From NCBI GenBank assembly GCA_021613535.1, contig CP075494.1, forward strand, positions 6,696,001 to 6,760,000: a stretch of 64,000 nucleotides of DNA, read 5' to 3'. Shown piece by piece: positions 13,657-27,269 of the stretch; position 1 is the first letter of the stretch; each line of letters opens with the position of its first letter. A program made the translations under genes and the position numbers. The notes under the pieces are model-generated. The model was not told the DNA's origin. It saw only the letters and a list, made by a program, of their open reading frames with translations, and did no database searches. This DNA comes from Adineta vaga. Taxonomy: Eukaryota > Animalia > Rotifera.

Positions 13657-15716
13657 ATGACGGTTCGTGATTTAACACCTGTTCCTGAACATCCATCACT
13701 AGATGAAGTTTATGAAGCGACACCATTTTCAGAAGCATTTTGGACTTATTTAAATTATGTAATTTTAAATATCTTCGGATGGTTGCGTGATTTTCTTCGC
13801 AAAACTCGAATTGAAAATCGAAAAGGTTCCGCAGAAACTAATCCACCAGTAAATAGACGAATAGCTAACCGCGACAATGATGATTCATTTCTTCTTTTAT
13901 GTAGGGTTTCGTACCATTATATCAAAGTTATGAAAGTTTCTATACCCGAAATGTTTATCAACGAATTGCCGACTGTTTTAATCGACCGATCGGTAGTGTA
14001 CCTGGTGGAAAACTTGATCTTATGGAACGGGTTACCGAGGATTACAATTGGTCATTCAAGTAATGATTAATTTGAGGGTGTGGTAGGCAATTTAAATTCT
14101 TGTGTTTTTTTTCTGTTAGATTTACTGGTAATAAACTCAAAACAATTAATCTTGGTTCATATAATTATCTTGGTTTTGCGGATAATAATGGACCAATAGC
14201 CGAGAATGTAATCAATTCAATAAAAGAGTATGGTCTTGCAACAGCAAGTTCAACTCAAGAATTTGGTTTGTGTATTTTTGATCATTTGAACAGATGAATG
14301 TTATAAATTTGTTTTATCTAGGAAATTTGAAACAACATCGAAAACTTGAATTATTAATGGCGCAATTTCTTGGTACTGAAGATGCCATTGCATTTGGTAT
14401 GGGATTTGCTACTAATGCTCTGAATATTTCATCAATTGTTGGAAAGGTTTATTAACAAAACCAATACATAAAATAGATATCTATCTTGTTTGGATATTTT
14501 ATTTTTTCTATGTAGGGTTGTTTGATTTTAAGTGATGAACTTAATCATACGTCGCTTGTTCTTGGTTCTCGCTTGTCTGGTGCCGTAATTAAAGTTTATA
14601 GACATAATGGTACGTATTATTTCAGTCGAAGAATATTTCATTTATCTGATTAACTATTTGTTAAATGTAGATATGAAACATTTGGAACGATTATTACGAG
14701 AATCGATTGTCTCTGGTCAACAACGAACTCATCGACCATGGCGAAAAATTCTCATTGTTGTCGAAGGTGTTTATAGGTAGATGAAGAAGCTAAAAAATGA
14801 ATATAATATATTCATTTGAAATTAAATTTTAGTATGGAAGGTTCACTATGTAAATTGCCAGAATTAATTGAACTTAAAAAGAAATATAAAGCTTATCTTT
14901 ATTTGGATGAAGCACATTCAATTGGTGCGATGGGTTCACGTGGTCGTGGTGTTGTTGATTATTGGAAATGTAATGTGAATGATGTAGATGTTCTCATGGG
15001 CACATTTACAAAGAGTTTTGCTGCTGCAGGAGGTTATCTTGCTGGAAAGAAGGTAAGTTAAAAGACAAAGATATCTTAGAAATTGATTTCTTGTTCTCTA
15101 AAGGAAATTATCGATCATATTCGTATAACATCGCATGCAGCTGCATATGCAACGTCAATGAGTCCACCAGTTGTCGAACAGATTAGTTCTGTTTTGAATT
15201 TATTAATAGATGATAACGAAGAACGTGAAGGTATGTAGATAAACTTTTGTTGAAAATCGAAAATGAATGTGTGTTCGTTGAATAAAGGTCGAAAACGTAT
15301 CAATCAATTAGCTTGGAATACACGTTACTTTCGACAACGTCTCTCTAAAATGGGCTTTATCGTTTATGGACATCCACATTCACCTGTTGTACCAGCTCTT
15401 TTATATAGTCCATCGAAAATTGCGTAAGTTCAAAGGAAATAAAAAAGAAGATATTGTACAAATGAAAAATACGCTTTTCTTCAGAGCATTCAATCGTGAA
15501 ATGTTAAAACGTGGTGTTACCGTTGTAACAGTTGGTTTTCCAGCTACGCCATTAGTTCTTGGTCGTGTTCGTTTTTGTCTTTCTGCATCGCATACCAAAG
15601 AAATGCTCGATGATGTACTCAAATATGCTGAAGAAGTTGGTGATTTACTTAACATGCGTCAATCAAAATTAAATCCTAAAAAACCTTTTCATGAAACAGA
15701 ATTAATTTCTCAATAA
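13657..15716 (+). CDS. SPTLC2: Serine palmitoyltransferase catalytic subunit LCB2 (SPTLC2/3-like), paralog B
   Basis: [34 protein letters not shown]...RVRFC. Confidence 0.92.
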
Positions 15717-16084
15717 GTTAATCTTTTCTCGATAAGATAAGTTTTTTGAAAAGCAAACGTGATTTGATGTAATTATATGTGATACATTTGCTGATCGATA
15801 CAATACTTTTTTTTTTATTGTCATTGTGAAACTTTTTCAATGCTTTGTGTTAGTCTATCTGTTACGAATTGTATTTGAATGATTATTGTTTTTTTTGCTT
15901 TCGCTCAAAACAATATGAACTCTTTGTAATAGTAGATATGCATACATTGCTTACTAGGTTTTTTTTTCATTGGAAAACAAATATATATCGCAGGGAAAAC
16001 TATGAATTTTATATTGTTAATATCAAGCGTAGAAAGTAATTCTAGTCAATATTTTCTCAGATTATAAAATAGAATTTATTATTA

Positions 16085-16763
16085 TTAATTGTCTTCTTCA
16101 TCATACATCTTACGAAGTGCACGTAAGAGTTGTCGTTTGAATTTTTCTTTTTCACATCTTGTTTGAATGTCTATTTTCATTGCTTGATAGCCATTGGCAT
16201 TTGCTGCATATGTACCATCACTTATAACATCAGGATTCGATGATGACCATGTTAAACCATGATTAATCACTTTTCGTAAGAAACAATCGACTTCTGGATT
16301 ATCTGTTGGATCTAAATGAAAACAATTCATTCAATCTCTAATGTAATAAATAATCGATCTTTACTGTTTTCAAGACATTTCTTATTGCATATAATAGCAT
16401 TATCTTCATTTCGTAATTGAAAATGAAATCCATGTCCAATAACAATATCAGCCTCATTGGTTGGCACTTGTTGTTCGGGTTCTGGCAATTGATAGTAAGA
16501 TCCTCGAGTAACTAAACGTACTTTACAATTTTTAGCAGCATTTTCTAATGGTTTGATACGATCATGAAAACCTGCTTCAAGTAGTAATTGATCGCCAGTA
16601 ATGTATGTATTTAGTTTATACTTCTTTATAGGACATTTTGGTTTTGCTACAAATGAGAATTGTCAAATAATATATAATTGCAAAATAGAATCTTACAACT
16701 GAACAATATACTTTCGGTGAGAGATATTGAAATGAATAAAACGAAGAGAATACGACTTTGCAT
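16085..16763 (-). CDS. Secreted Cys-containing protein resembling a peptidase M15 (LAS fold) with zinc ligands lost (3 exons)
   Basis: Signal peptide MQSRILFVLFISISLTES; then AKNCKVRLVTRGSY...EADIVIGHGFHF...CNKKCL...VDCFL...GLTWSSSNPDVISDG...IQTRC. The gene model is clear; the family call is by recalled consensus. Confidence 0.7.
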
Positions 16764-17155
16764 TCTTTTTTTTCCTGTAATTTGATTCAGCACAATGTCG
16801 AATGTACACTGATTTATAGAATGACTTTTTTAATGATTATAGACCAAAAATTGTTAATAAAATTGATAACGTTATATGCATTATCAAAATAGATTGATTT
16901 GATTTTTCTATTTTTTATTGCTCTTCACATACAAATCACTTTTTTTTTGTCTTTTTTCTATGTATAAGTCAGGAATCTGGGTGTTAGTTAACTATTTTTC
17001 GGGGACACGATATTGGAGTATTCATATCAAGTAACGATTCGAACATAAAGAGGACATGAATATTTGACTTTTATTCGCTTTCTACGTGCAATATTTATGA
17101 TTAAATTAATGTACATATTGATTCAACCCACAGGTATACATATTTATTATTATTA

Positions 17156-19683
17156 TCATGATTCATCACAATCTCTATATCGATTTCGTAAATATAAAAT
17201 TACAGAAAAAATAATAAGGAAGATCGTCAATAAAGCGAAAACTCCAGCTAAAATAAAAGCAATTATAGCCGCAGTGCGCCATTGTGTTAAACTAGATCGT
17301 GTTAAAAATAGAGTATCTGAAGAACAATTTACTGTTGCCAATGTGGTAGGGATCGACGTTGTTTCTGTAACAGGAATTGCTGATTGAGTTGCAGTAATTC
17401 CATTTGTTCCTCCTATTGTTGTCGCTGTTCCTGTCGATGATTTAGAAATAGTCGACAATGTTATTGTTGCTGTTGTTGTTGCTGTTGTTGTTGCTGTTGT
17501 TGTTGTCGTTGTTGCTGTTGTTGTCGTTGTTGCTGTTGTTGTTGTCGTTGTTGCTGTTGTTGTCGTTGTTGTTGTCGTTGTTGTTGTCGTTGTTGTCGTT
17601 GTAGAGTCGACTAGAAGAAAGGAATATAGATTGTTATACATGAAAAATTTCTTTATACTTGGAGGTGTATCTGTAAATTGAAATGTTGCCAATTCGAAAC
17701 CACTTTTTGAGGTATAAAATGTTACATTATATGGTAAACCATTGTCAATTTCACATTTGAAATACATTAAAGACATGATTTGATGATATTCATATGGAAT
17801 ATATGCGGATGGACATAGAACATGTATTTTATCGAAATTATGATCTGGTGGTTTCCATTCAATGATAACAAAACGAGTTCCATTTGATTCAGGTGAATAA
17901 AAATGATTTCTATATTGACATTTTTGAAGTACTAAAATTAATCAAAAGATAATTATAGATTTTCATTTATTTTAACTTACATGTCGTTGCTTGAATACTT
18001 TTCGCTCGTTGAATTGTATTGTTCAGATTGACTACATACATTGTAATCACATAAAGTGTACCTTGCTCAAGTGATTGACATCGATATTCATTGGATTGAA
18101 TATTAATCGGAATCAAATTACCGTTGAAACCACATTGTATCTTATATTCAAATGAATTTGATAATAATAAAGCATTACTATAATTCCATCGAATGGTAAG
18201 ATCAGTTTCTGTCTTTTGAAAAATTTCGAATGCTGGGATCAAAGGTACTTGTAGAACTGAAAAATAAATATTAGAGATAAAACACTCACACAAGATCTTC
18301 AATGATTACCATTGATGGATACAGTAGGTATGTAATCATGTGTATAACCAGCTATAGCTATTCGTGTTTCGATTGATATACTATTCGTTTCATTGAAGAG
18401 TATATTCTCACAAACGTACGTAGTATTTTGACCAACATTTGCTGTTAAACTACTGCTTGAATTACATGATACAATGAATTCAATTGGATCATAGGAAGAA
18501 TGTTCATGATTCCAGTTGACAATGATATTATGGAATTCTTCATGCACACGAAGATTGGTTACTTTAAATGGATATGAAACATTCGATACTAGAAAGAAAA
18601 AAACAATGAGGAAGGAAATTAAACGCATTTCAATTTGAATACCTGGTGCTATTTTAGAAGTAGAACTGGCATATATTGTTGAATTAACAATATGTTTCAA
18701 AGTAATTGTATGATTTAAATTAGGTATAAGACCATAATAAAATGTTGCACCGAGTTTCGGATTGAGATTGATTACTTTTGCTCTTTCATAAGTCAGATTT
18801 TCATTATTTTTATTGGAAAATCTTAAATCTATTTCATAGGTACTATGTAGATTCATTTCCGGTGGTGCATTTGCTAATATAGTAAGTAAAAGTGAATCAA
18901 GAGAAGTAGTAAATGGTACAGGTAACGGTACTAAAATAGAAACAAATAGAACCAGTTATTGATCTATGTCTCAGTTTGTTTCGGATACCTTCTTGATTAA
19001 TCGTAGTGGTCGCTGAAAGAAAATCATCCTTAACCGTTGCAAGTAAAATACTTGTCAATGGTAAATTTGGTGTAAATGAACAATCAACTATGATTATGGA
19101 ATCATTTAATGATGTACTAGTATTAAAGATCATCTGAGCAGCATCATTTGAACATTGAACATTTACGTAATCAAAAGATCCCTCTGGACGTACAACTCCA
19201 AAACGAATTCTATCACCGGGAACATGAAAAAACGATACGGTTGGTGCTTGTAGATCTAGAAGAAAGCTTTCTTTTGTTATAATCAAAAGAACTTCTTTCC
19301 TTCATATACCGATACGAAATTGTATTGAACAAGTTTCATTGGTTCCATTATCATGTTGCATTTCAATAGAGATTTTATCATCTCGTCCATAGCCCAGATT
19401 TGTACATCGATGAGCACATCCATAGACCATTTCTGTCGAAGAATTTGTTGTACATTGAACTTTACGATTCAATTTCAGTAAATTATTTGATGAAAAATTG
19501 ATCGTAATGGTATCATCTTGTTGAGAATGAGTGATATTATAATTATCACATGAGACTAAATCATAAACAATTAATTCTTTCAGAAAAATGATTTTATTGA
19601 CAAAAATTTCACGTACTTGTAATGATATTTTCTATTTGAAAACTTAACCATAGAAAGACTAGGACTGTATTCAATATTTTCAT
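17156..19683 (-). CDS. Type I membrane glycoprotein with divergent FN3-like repeats, Thr-rich mucin stalk, one TM helix and short tail
   Basis: Signal peptide MKILNTVLVFLWLSFQIENIIT; one FN3-like unit per exon (LTIRWN...Y.I.C...LEQGTLY); many NxS/T sites; poly-Thr; TM AAIIAFILAGVFALLTIFLIIFSVILYL. Confidence 0.78.
17462..17601 (-). repeat. Coding trinucleotide repeat (ACA/ACG/GCA)n encoding a Thr/Ala stalk
   Basis: tgt/cgt/tgc triplets on the + strand. Confidence 0.95.
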
Positions 19684-20537
19684 TATTTCGAATGAATTTG
19701 AGAACGAAGATTTCGATAAACGTACTCAAAATATCAAGTATATATATGTACGAATACGTCACAGGAGAACAGAATAAAAACAAACTGATCTGCATTGACT
19801 AATATTGATTTTCTTCTCGTATTTCTTTTTTTTTAAATCACCTTATATATTTATATATTGTTTAAAAGATCATCGCTAATGGCTTGTATTTAAATAGTGG
19901 CTAATAACTCTTGGTTTGAAATCAATGTTTGAACTTTTCAATACGCTAAGCTGATTTTTTTTCTGAATTAAATATTTTATATACATGGTCGTAATTTACT
20001 TCAGAAAGTTGAGTTAATTTCAATTATATCCGAAGAAAGCTCTTCTATTGCCACGAATTTTAAACAATCTGATATGACTAATCAGATGCTCAGATATGTA
20101 AGTATTAGTAGTGTACCAGCAGATTGAACAAGTGATAATAGTACAGTTATTTCTATCCTGAAAACTAACACAATCAACTGTGTTCTTCATATTCTTAAAT
20201 ATGTTGACGATTGTTGTCTACATAGCGATATACAGACTGTAAAAGAATTCCAATTATTGAATCATTAAATTTCTGTATAATACTAAGTTCAGAATACAAT
20301 ATTTATTGATCAAATTGTATGAAAAGAGAAAGAAAATTATCGTTTTAATATTAACTGATTGTTATGAGCAATTTAAGAATAAACGCATACAGACACCTTT
20401 GAGAATGTTGTTAAATACGAAAATGCAAGAAAGATACCGGTTGATCAGAGAACAAATAAAAGCCAGAAGAAAAACCACATTAATAAGAATAATAATAATA
20501 ATAAAAGAAAGGATGAACTTTTATAAATAAATACAGA

Positions 20538-22051
20538 TCACAAGAGATTTCTTCGTCTAACGTTTTGTTGACGATTATTATCTTCATTTTCTATCACTTG
20601 ATTTTGATCGTTTTTGTTTAATAAATCTCTCTGAGATTCTTCTCGCTTAGCAATACGATTCTTGCGGCGATTTCCTATTAATTGAGAAGGTATATCATCT
20701 AAATTATTGGCAATATTAGCATTATTGGACATGATACGACCAGAACGATGTAATATCTTTTGAGAATTATTTGTTTCAACATCTCGTTTATCACCATGTA
20801 TACTATCATTGAATGATCGAGGTTTCTACAATATAGACGATTGAAATATTCGATAAAATTATATTACGTAGTCACTTACACGTTGACGATGTTCGATTTC
20901 ATTTTGTTGTTGATCTAGAAATGAACGTATAATTGAAATAATTGCGTATTTAAAAAAAAGAAACGACCTGTTATGATTGCGACATTCGAAATCATATTAA
21001 ATACAACTCATAACTTTCGATGTATACGTTTTAAAACTTACTATCAACATCAGCTGCTCTACCAAGTGCACGAACTGGTTGTTCTTTATCATTGTTTAAT
21101 GGAGGTGCTGGAATATTTTGATCAATATGCGGATGGTTCTCATTATCAGAAACATTTAAAAACCTATTTTTGATATCTGAGATAACTGGACCAATTTTAT
21201 CTTTAATTTCATTGGTAAAATTACTAAGTTTAGCTAAAGGTTCTTGGAAAATTGACGAAGTATTTTGTATTGTTTCATTAGAGGATAATAATGGTCGAAA
21301 ACGTTGATTGGCAAATTCAATAGGTCTTTCTTTGGTATGATTACTAAATAAGAATATATTCTTCTACAAATATCTCGTTAGAAATGAAATTACTTACAAC
21401 TTATTTTTATAACTATCGATTTCTTCTTTCAATTGATTTAATTGTACATCATTGGATTCTAAAAATTGATCATCACTTATTCGAAGATAATAAAAAAAAA
21501 ACTTCAACAAACTTTTTCTTTCATCTAATTCTTGTTTTAATCGATTGATATCAAAATTTCTCGAAGCAAGTGTATTACTTGCATTTTGATATTCTTTCTA
21601 AAAGATATGAAAAATGAAAACTGTAAAAAATGAAATCATTTCTTACTAATCGTTGATCGAGAACTTGTTTATCAGCTTTTAAATCTCGAAGTTCGATTAA
21701 TCTTTCATTTAATTTCGAATTCAAATCATTGATTTCCGAGTCTTTTTTATCGAGTTGTTTTTGCAGATTAGATTTTTCTGCTTCTATTCCATTTTTTTGA
21801 CTGATAATTGTATCAAGTTCTCTTACTTTATCACTATTTTTCACCATTAACTAACAAAAAAAAAAGAAAAAGTAAATCTATATTTTTTGAATCGAACACT
21901 TTAAATTTACCGTTCGTATTCGACTTTCAAAATTATCTACTGTTCGTTGCAAGTCAGTAGTTTTCGATGAACATGACATGTAAAAAAATCCCAATAATAA
22001 CGTTATTAGAAGGAGACCAACTACAACAAAACTCGGCGTTCGATTTGCCAT
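20538..22051 (-). CDS. Type II Golgi membrane coiled-coil protein, GOLM1/GOLM2(CASC4)-like
   Basis: N-terminus MANRTPSFVVVGLLLITLLLGFFYMSCSSKTTDLQRTVDNFESRIR resembles the GOLM signal anchor; followed by a long coiled coil and a polar C-terminus. Confidence 0.7.
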
Positions 22052-22894
22052 TTAGTAAATCTTTTTTTGTGTATATAATCTAAAAGAATAATAAAAGAAA
22101 TGTATCAACATTTAAGTCTATATAAAAAAAAACGTGGAATTTTTTCTTCTTTTCTGTTCTGCATAGTTACTGCATGTTATTCTCTTACAATTGACAGACT
22201 GTTTTGACTCGAAATATTGAAAAACGACAGGTTTTGGTTTTATCAATTTACAATTATATAATTTCGCTTGAACAGTATGATGTAATGTCCTGTTGTTTAT
22301 CAAGGAAGTAAGATAAATGTATAGTTTACATTTGTACAGGAAAGAAAAGATTCATAAAAATAAAAATAAAAAACAAACTATTAATTATAGATGGTTATTA
22401 GTAGATACTATTGATATGCTACAACGATAGATGACGCAGTTAACCAATATCATAATTTAAACGAAATATATATATATATGTACGAGCAAAATCTGTATTG
22501 CTATCCTACATCTTTAGCATTTATTTATCTCACTTGTTCATTTCATCTTTTTGGAAAGTACTTCGAAGATAGAATAGTTGATTTTTTTTTACCAAATACG
22601 AACTTTCCTGTCTTTCTTCAATACAATCAAACACAAGTTTTTACAAACGAAAGGAAAAACATCATTCGACAACAACAACAACAACAAAAAAAAGAAACTC
22701 AATCACACGGAACATTTGTCAGATGTAAATAACTCAAAGAATAAGTAAACGATTGTCATAGAATTAAATAATCCAAATGTTCATTGCATCTCTTCTTGTT
22801 TGAGATAGAGAAAATGAAAGTATAGTTGAAGAGAACGACTGTAGATTTATCTGATGAGATTTGTCACTGTACGATTTATGCATCCTTGTTCTGT

Positions 22895-24468
22895 TTATTC
22901 ATCAAGAGGTTCTTGTTGATTTGAATCTTCATCTCCAACATCAGTTTGATATGGATGACAATATTTATATCGATGATTCATATGTTGACTAAATGAACCT
23001 GAATGACTAAAACGTTTGAAACATTTTGCACATTGAAATGGCTTTTCACCAGTATGTAAACGACGATGTTCAGCAAGATGATGTTTATGTTTAAATGCTT
23101 TTGTACAAATATCACAAATAAATGGTCGAACACCTATGAACAAATCTTAAATTTGAAAATAATTCAATCAAATATCTTTGAAAACTAACCTGAATGTTCA
23201 TATTTATGACGTGCCAATGAACTTTGTTTATTAAAAGATTTATCACATATATTACATGACAATCTTTTATTACTTGATGAATCGTCATTGGATAGAAAAC
23301 TTATTTCCGAGGAACTATTTGGACTTAATGATTCTATTTCTAATTGAGATTCGGTGGATTTTTTTATAGATAAATCTAATGGTTCAGTTTGTGAAATAAG
23401 ATTTTGTAGAAGATGAAAATAATACTGAATAAATTGTTCATTCATTGGCAAAGATTTAACAGGATTTTGATCCGTTTTTGTCGGCAAAATTTCACCTTCT
23501 TCAACATCAGAATTTTGTACACAACACTTTTTAGATGCCATATGAGATGAATAGGAACCTGAATGTGAAAAACGTTTGTTACAATTTGAGCAAGCAAATG
23601 GTTTTTCTCCAGTATGAATCCGAATATGTTCCTAAAAAAGATAAAATCTTGGCTTAGTAAGTTGAATTTATATTTATTTCGTCTTACTTTTAGATGATGT
23701 TTAAATTTAAATGCTTTTGGACAATGTAAACAACGGAATTTTCGAGTTTGAGGATCAATTTCATGACTTAACATATGCCGTTGAAGACGATATGTATTTG
23801 CAAAGATTTTCTGACATATATGACAAGAAACTTGATTTGCATTGTGATTTAATTCATGTTCATGTAAATCATTCTATGTGAAAAGATAAACATAAATATC
23901 AAATGTTTTTGTTTTGATCAAAAATACTTTATTTATAAAAACAGCATTGCAATGATTACAATGCAGTTGTTCGGAAAAACATTCATTTAATCGAAGAGAT
24001 TCATTTAAATGGTTATATGTGGATGAAGCTAATTCTAAAAGCAAAAAATACTTTAGGATATCCTTCGAGACGATTGTATAATTTTTTTCTCAAGAATAAA
24101 ATCAATTATGAGATGATAACAGGAAAAAGATGAAATTTTTGTGAAACTTTTCTGAGATTAGTTTGATCGTTTTTCCTTGGTTCTGATATATCCAAGAGTA
24201 GAAAGATGATTGCTCATTACTAAATCTAAGGTCGATATCAAAAGAAAACAAAAGCAACCGTTGTTACTCTCATGAAATGACATATCTTTCTCCTATGATC
24301 AATTATTACCAGATTCGTTCTTTATTGGGAGAATCTCTTCATCAAGTAGCGTTTTTGCTGAATGAGAACCACTATCACATTCATCATCAACTATAAAGAG
24401 AAACTTTATATAACGAATCAATTTGTACGAGAATAGTTACCATGATATTTTTCCATCATTTCCAGCAT
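22895..24468 (-). CDS. zfh1: ZEB/zfh-1/zag-1 family C2H2 zinc-finger transcription factor
   Basis: N-cluster [22 protein letters not shown]...[12 protein letters not shown], CtBP motif PLDLS, C-cluster [14 protein letters not shown]...KHKHHLAEH...[13 protein letters not shown]; start codon approximate. Confidence 0.9.
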
Positions 24469-27269
24469 ATTAATTTGTATTAAAATCAAATAAATAATCA
24501 ATCAATCTAGAAAACAAAACAAAATCGATTATTTCTTGTTTTTTTCACCTGTTATCAATGTAATTATATCGATTAAATGTAGACAGTCACATGCCGTGTT
24601 CAAAAATAGGATGATATTAATATGAACGATATGTGGGATAATAGAACATCTTCTCAATCAAACTTGTTCTATTCCTTAAAGAAGAACATGAATAATAACA
24701 GTAGTACACTCTTGTCTAATCGATCGCTGACTATGATGTGTTGTACACATGATAGAGAAAGATGCAAATGTATGTATGCACATTATTATTACAAACTAAC
24801 GTCATTACGCGACCATTGACCGAACACTGATTTACATAAACAGAAGACTCTTTTTCTTTTCTTTTCTTTTTTCATCCAACTGAGAAGAAAATAAAAAGCA
24901 GATGACAAACCTTATTGATTGATTCTCACCTATCTAATGAAAGAAAACATATGAAAGTATTTCACTCCTCAAATGAATGCTTCTCTCTCTCTCGCATTTT
25001 TTAGTCCTAAGACCAAATAACAAAAAAGTTCTTACTATTGAGTTCTTTTTCTTTTGTAATTCGAGTCAACTTATCTTTGTATTCATTTATGTCAAAGACA
25101 AATTATCAAATCTGTCGTTCATTAGTTGACATATATTAGCATTGCTAATCCATCTATACTGAAATAGAAAATCACCAGTATATATTAATAAAAGCAGACA
25201 TATGCATGGGTAAAAGAAGAATCAATACAATGCTACAAATGTGCTTTGTTTGCTATCTACATGCAGACGACGATGATGGATATACCGTATTGCAAATGAA
25301 TAACAGGAGGATGATATTCTACCTTCATTGTAAGAGAAAAGAAAGTATTGATACGTATGTAGATAGATATATGCCTTCTATGTCCTATTCTCATACTGCT
25401 ACTGAAAACAAAATGTGTACGAGAGAACGAGAGAGAGAGAGAGAAAGACGTGTGAATAGAAAAAGAAGGAGAAGAAGAAAAAACGTACATATTCTTGCAC
25501 CAATCATCAAACATATTTTTCTCTTTTGCTCACCTCTGATAGGTGCATAAGTAACGATAGTGAAGGAATGTCTGGGTTTTTCTCCGATCTGTTGCTTGTT
25601 ACTTCTTAAATATACATCTTGTATTTATTGTCGCATCTTGTCCATGTGTGTCAAAGCACAAAAATCTATCTAGCATAAAAATGTCTATCTTGCCAAATAA
25701 TAATAAGAAAAGACAGTACCAAAAAGTGTTTACATGTATCTTGCTACTGTATATTATGCATGTGTAACAAATCTACGACTTACTCTTTTTTTTCCTGCTC
25801 TTTTTCTTATTATAATCTAATGAGTACAAACATATTCTAACGATTCAGTCGTTCTTCTCTCGTATTTTTCCCCTCCTGTTTTTTCTATCATCTTTCTGTT
25901 CTTTTCAACACCTGGTGCCGTTTAAGTACAAGAAGAAAATTTTCTTTGAGATTACATCATTAATACCTTTTGTTCTTCGTATCGAACGATATAACAATCA
26001 TTTGTCTTAGCTATATTTATTTTTCTTAAAGAGAAAACTCATCTAATATTTCGTTTACTTTATAATTGAAAGATGATGAGATAGCTGATGTACATATACA
26101 TACGTTCGAGGGCATCCCAAGATAGATAGAGATTGAAGAAGCATATATCTATATATATATGTATATACCGATGGTGTTGCCATTCACAGAAAGAGAAAAG
26201 ATAAACAAATGTACCTCTTCTTCTCTTTCGCATACGAACGATAATGGAAGTGTATACCTTATATATCCTTCAGAAACATCACCGCATAAGTACACTTATC
26301 ATACAGATATTAACTTGACGAGTTCAAGAATGATAATATCCAATCGATTCCTATCGTTCGAATGAATATGTATACGAGAAGAATTTTTATTTACCTTGTG
26401 TTACATGGCATCATCATCATGTCAACCTGTTGTACTATTATTTTTCATCTGCAATTTTCTTTTTGTATCTTATTCTATGCCCGATAGGTGTGTGCAACAG
26501 CTTGTTAGAAAAAAAACCTCTTTCTCTCTTCTCTTTAAAAATTCCGGTGTAACCAGAAAAAAAGAAGAAATGAATCGTTTTGATTGTTTATCATTTTCTT
26601 CACTACGTGACCAGTTGAAATCAGAGACGGCATCTCTAATGTGATCGATTCTATTGGCAATAGACAGAACATCTCATTGTTATTTTGATGACGAACGAAC
26701 TAAATATATAGAATAATTCGATTGCAATCAATGATTATTACATTCTTGTCATCGTTTTTAAACTTAGAAAACAAACGATATGATTGTAGTTATTTATCAT
26801 TCGAACACATTGCTTTTTTTTCTTTTCTTCTCTTTACACAACAGACGGTTCCCAATTAAACTATAATAGACACCATAGGCGATAGGCGGAGTTTACCACA
26901 TTATTACTATTTTGTGTCATATGGCATAGAAAAGCTAGTTAAACACACACATATACAATCATTTGATGTGCTACTAATTGAATAACGAACAAGAAGACGG
27001 GGATACTCCACCTGTCGTTATCTCCTAGAAGAGAAAATAGGTCATATTGTTAGAGAAACAGCAGTTATATAGTAATAGATTAATTCTGTTCATATGTAAT
27101 CTTTGTTAATATTACTCTATAAACAAGCTAATGATCTTTGTTTCATACTAAAAAAATCTATTTTCAAAAGATTTAAATATCGATTTAATATAATTTGCAT
27201 ATAGATATCTCTTTCTTGTTTTATAGTTATAATATACAAGAAGTAAAAATTCAACAATAAAGAATATGA

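Noticed and set aside
24622-26644. Short ORFs upstream of ZEB, including a poly-RE ORF
   Set aside because: They arise from a (GA)n microsatellite and AT-rich non-coding DNA, with no splice-consistent gene.
26860-26990. Possible intergenic H/ACA RNA (CCATA/TATGG stem, ATAGAA box)
   Set aside because: Weak second hairpin, no properly placed ACA and only mismatched target candidates.
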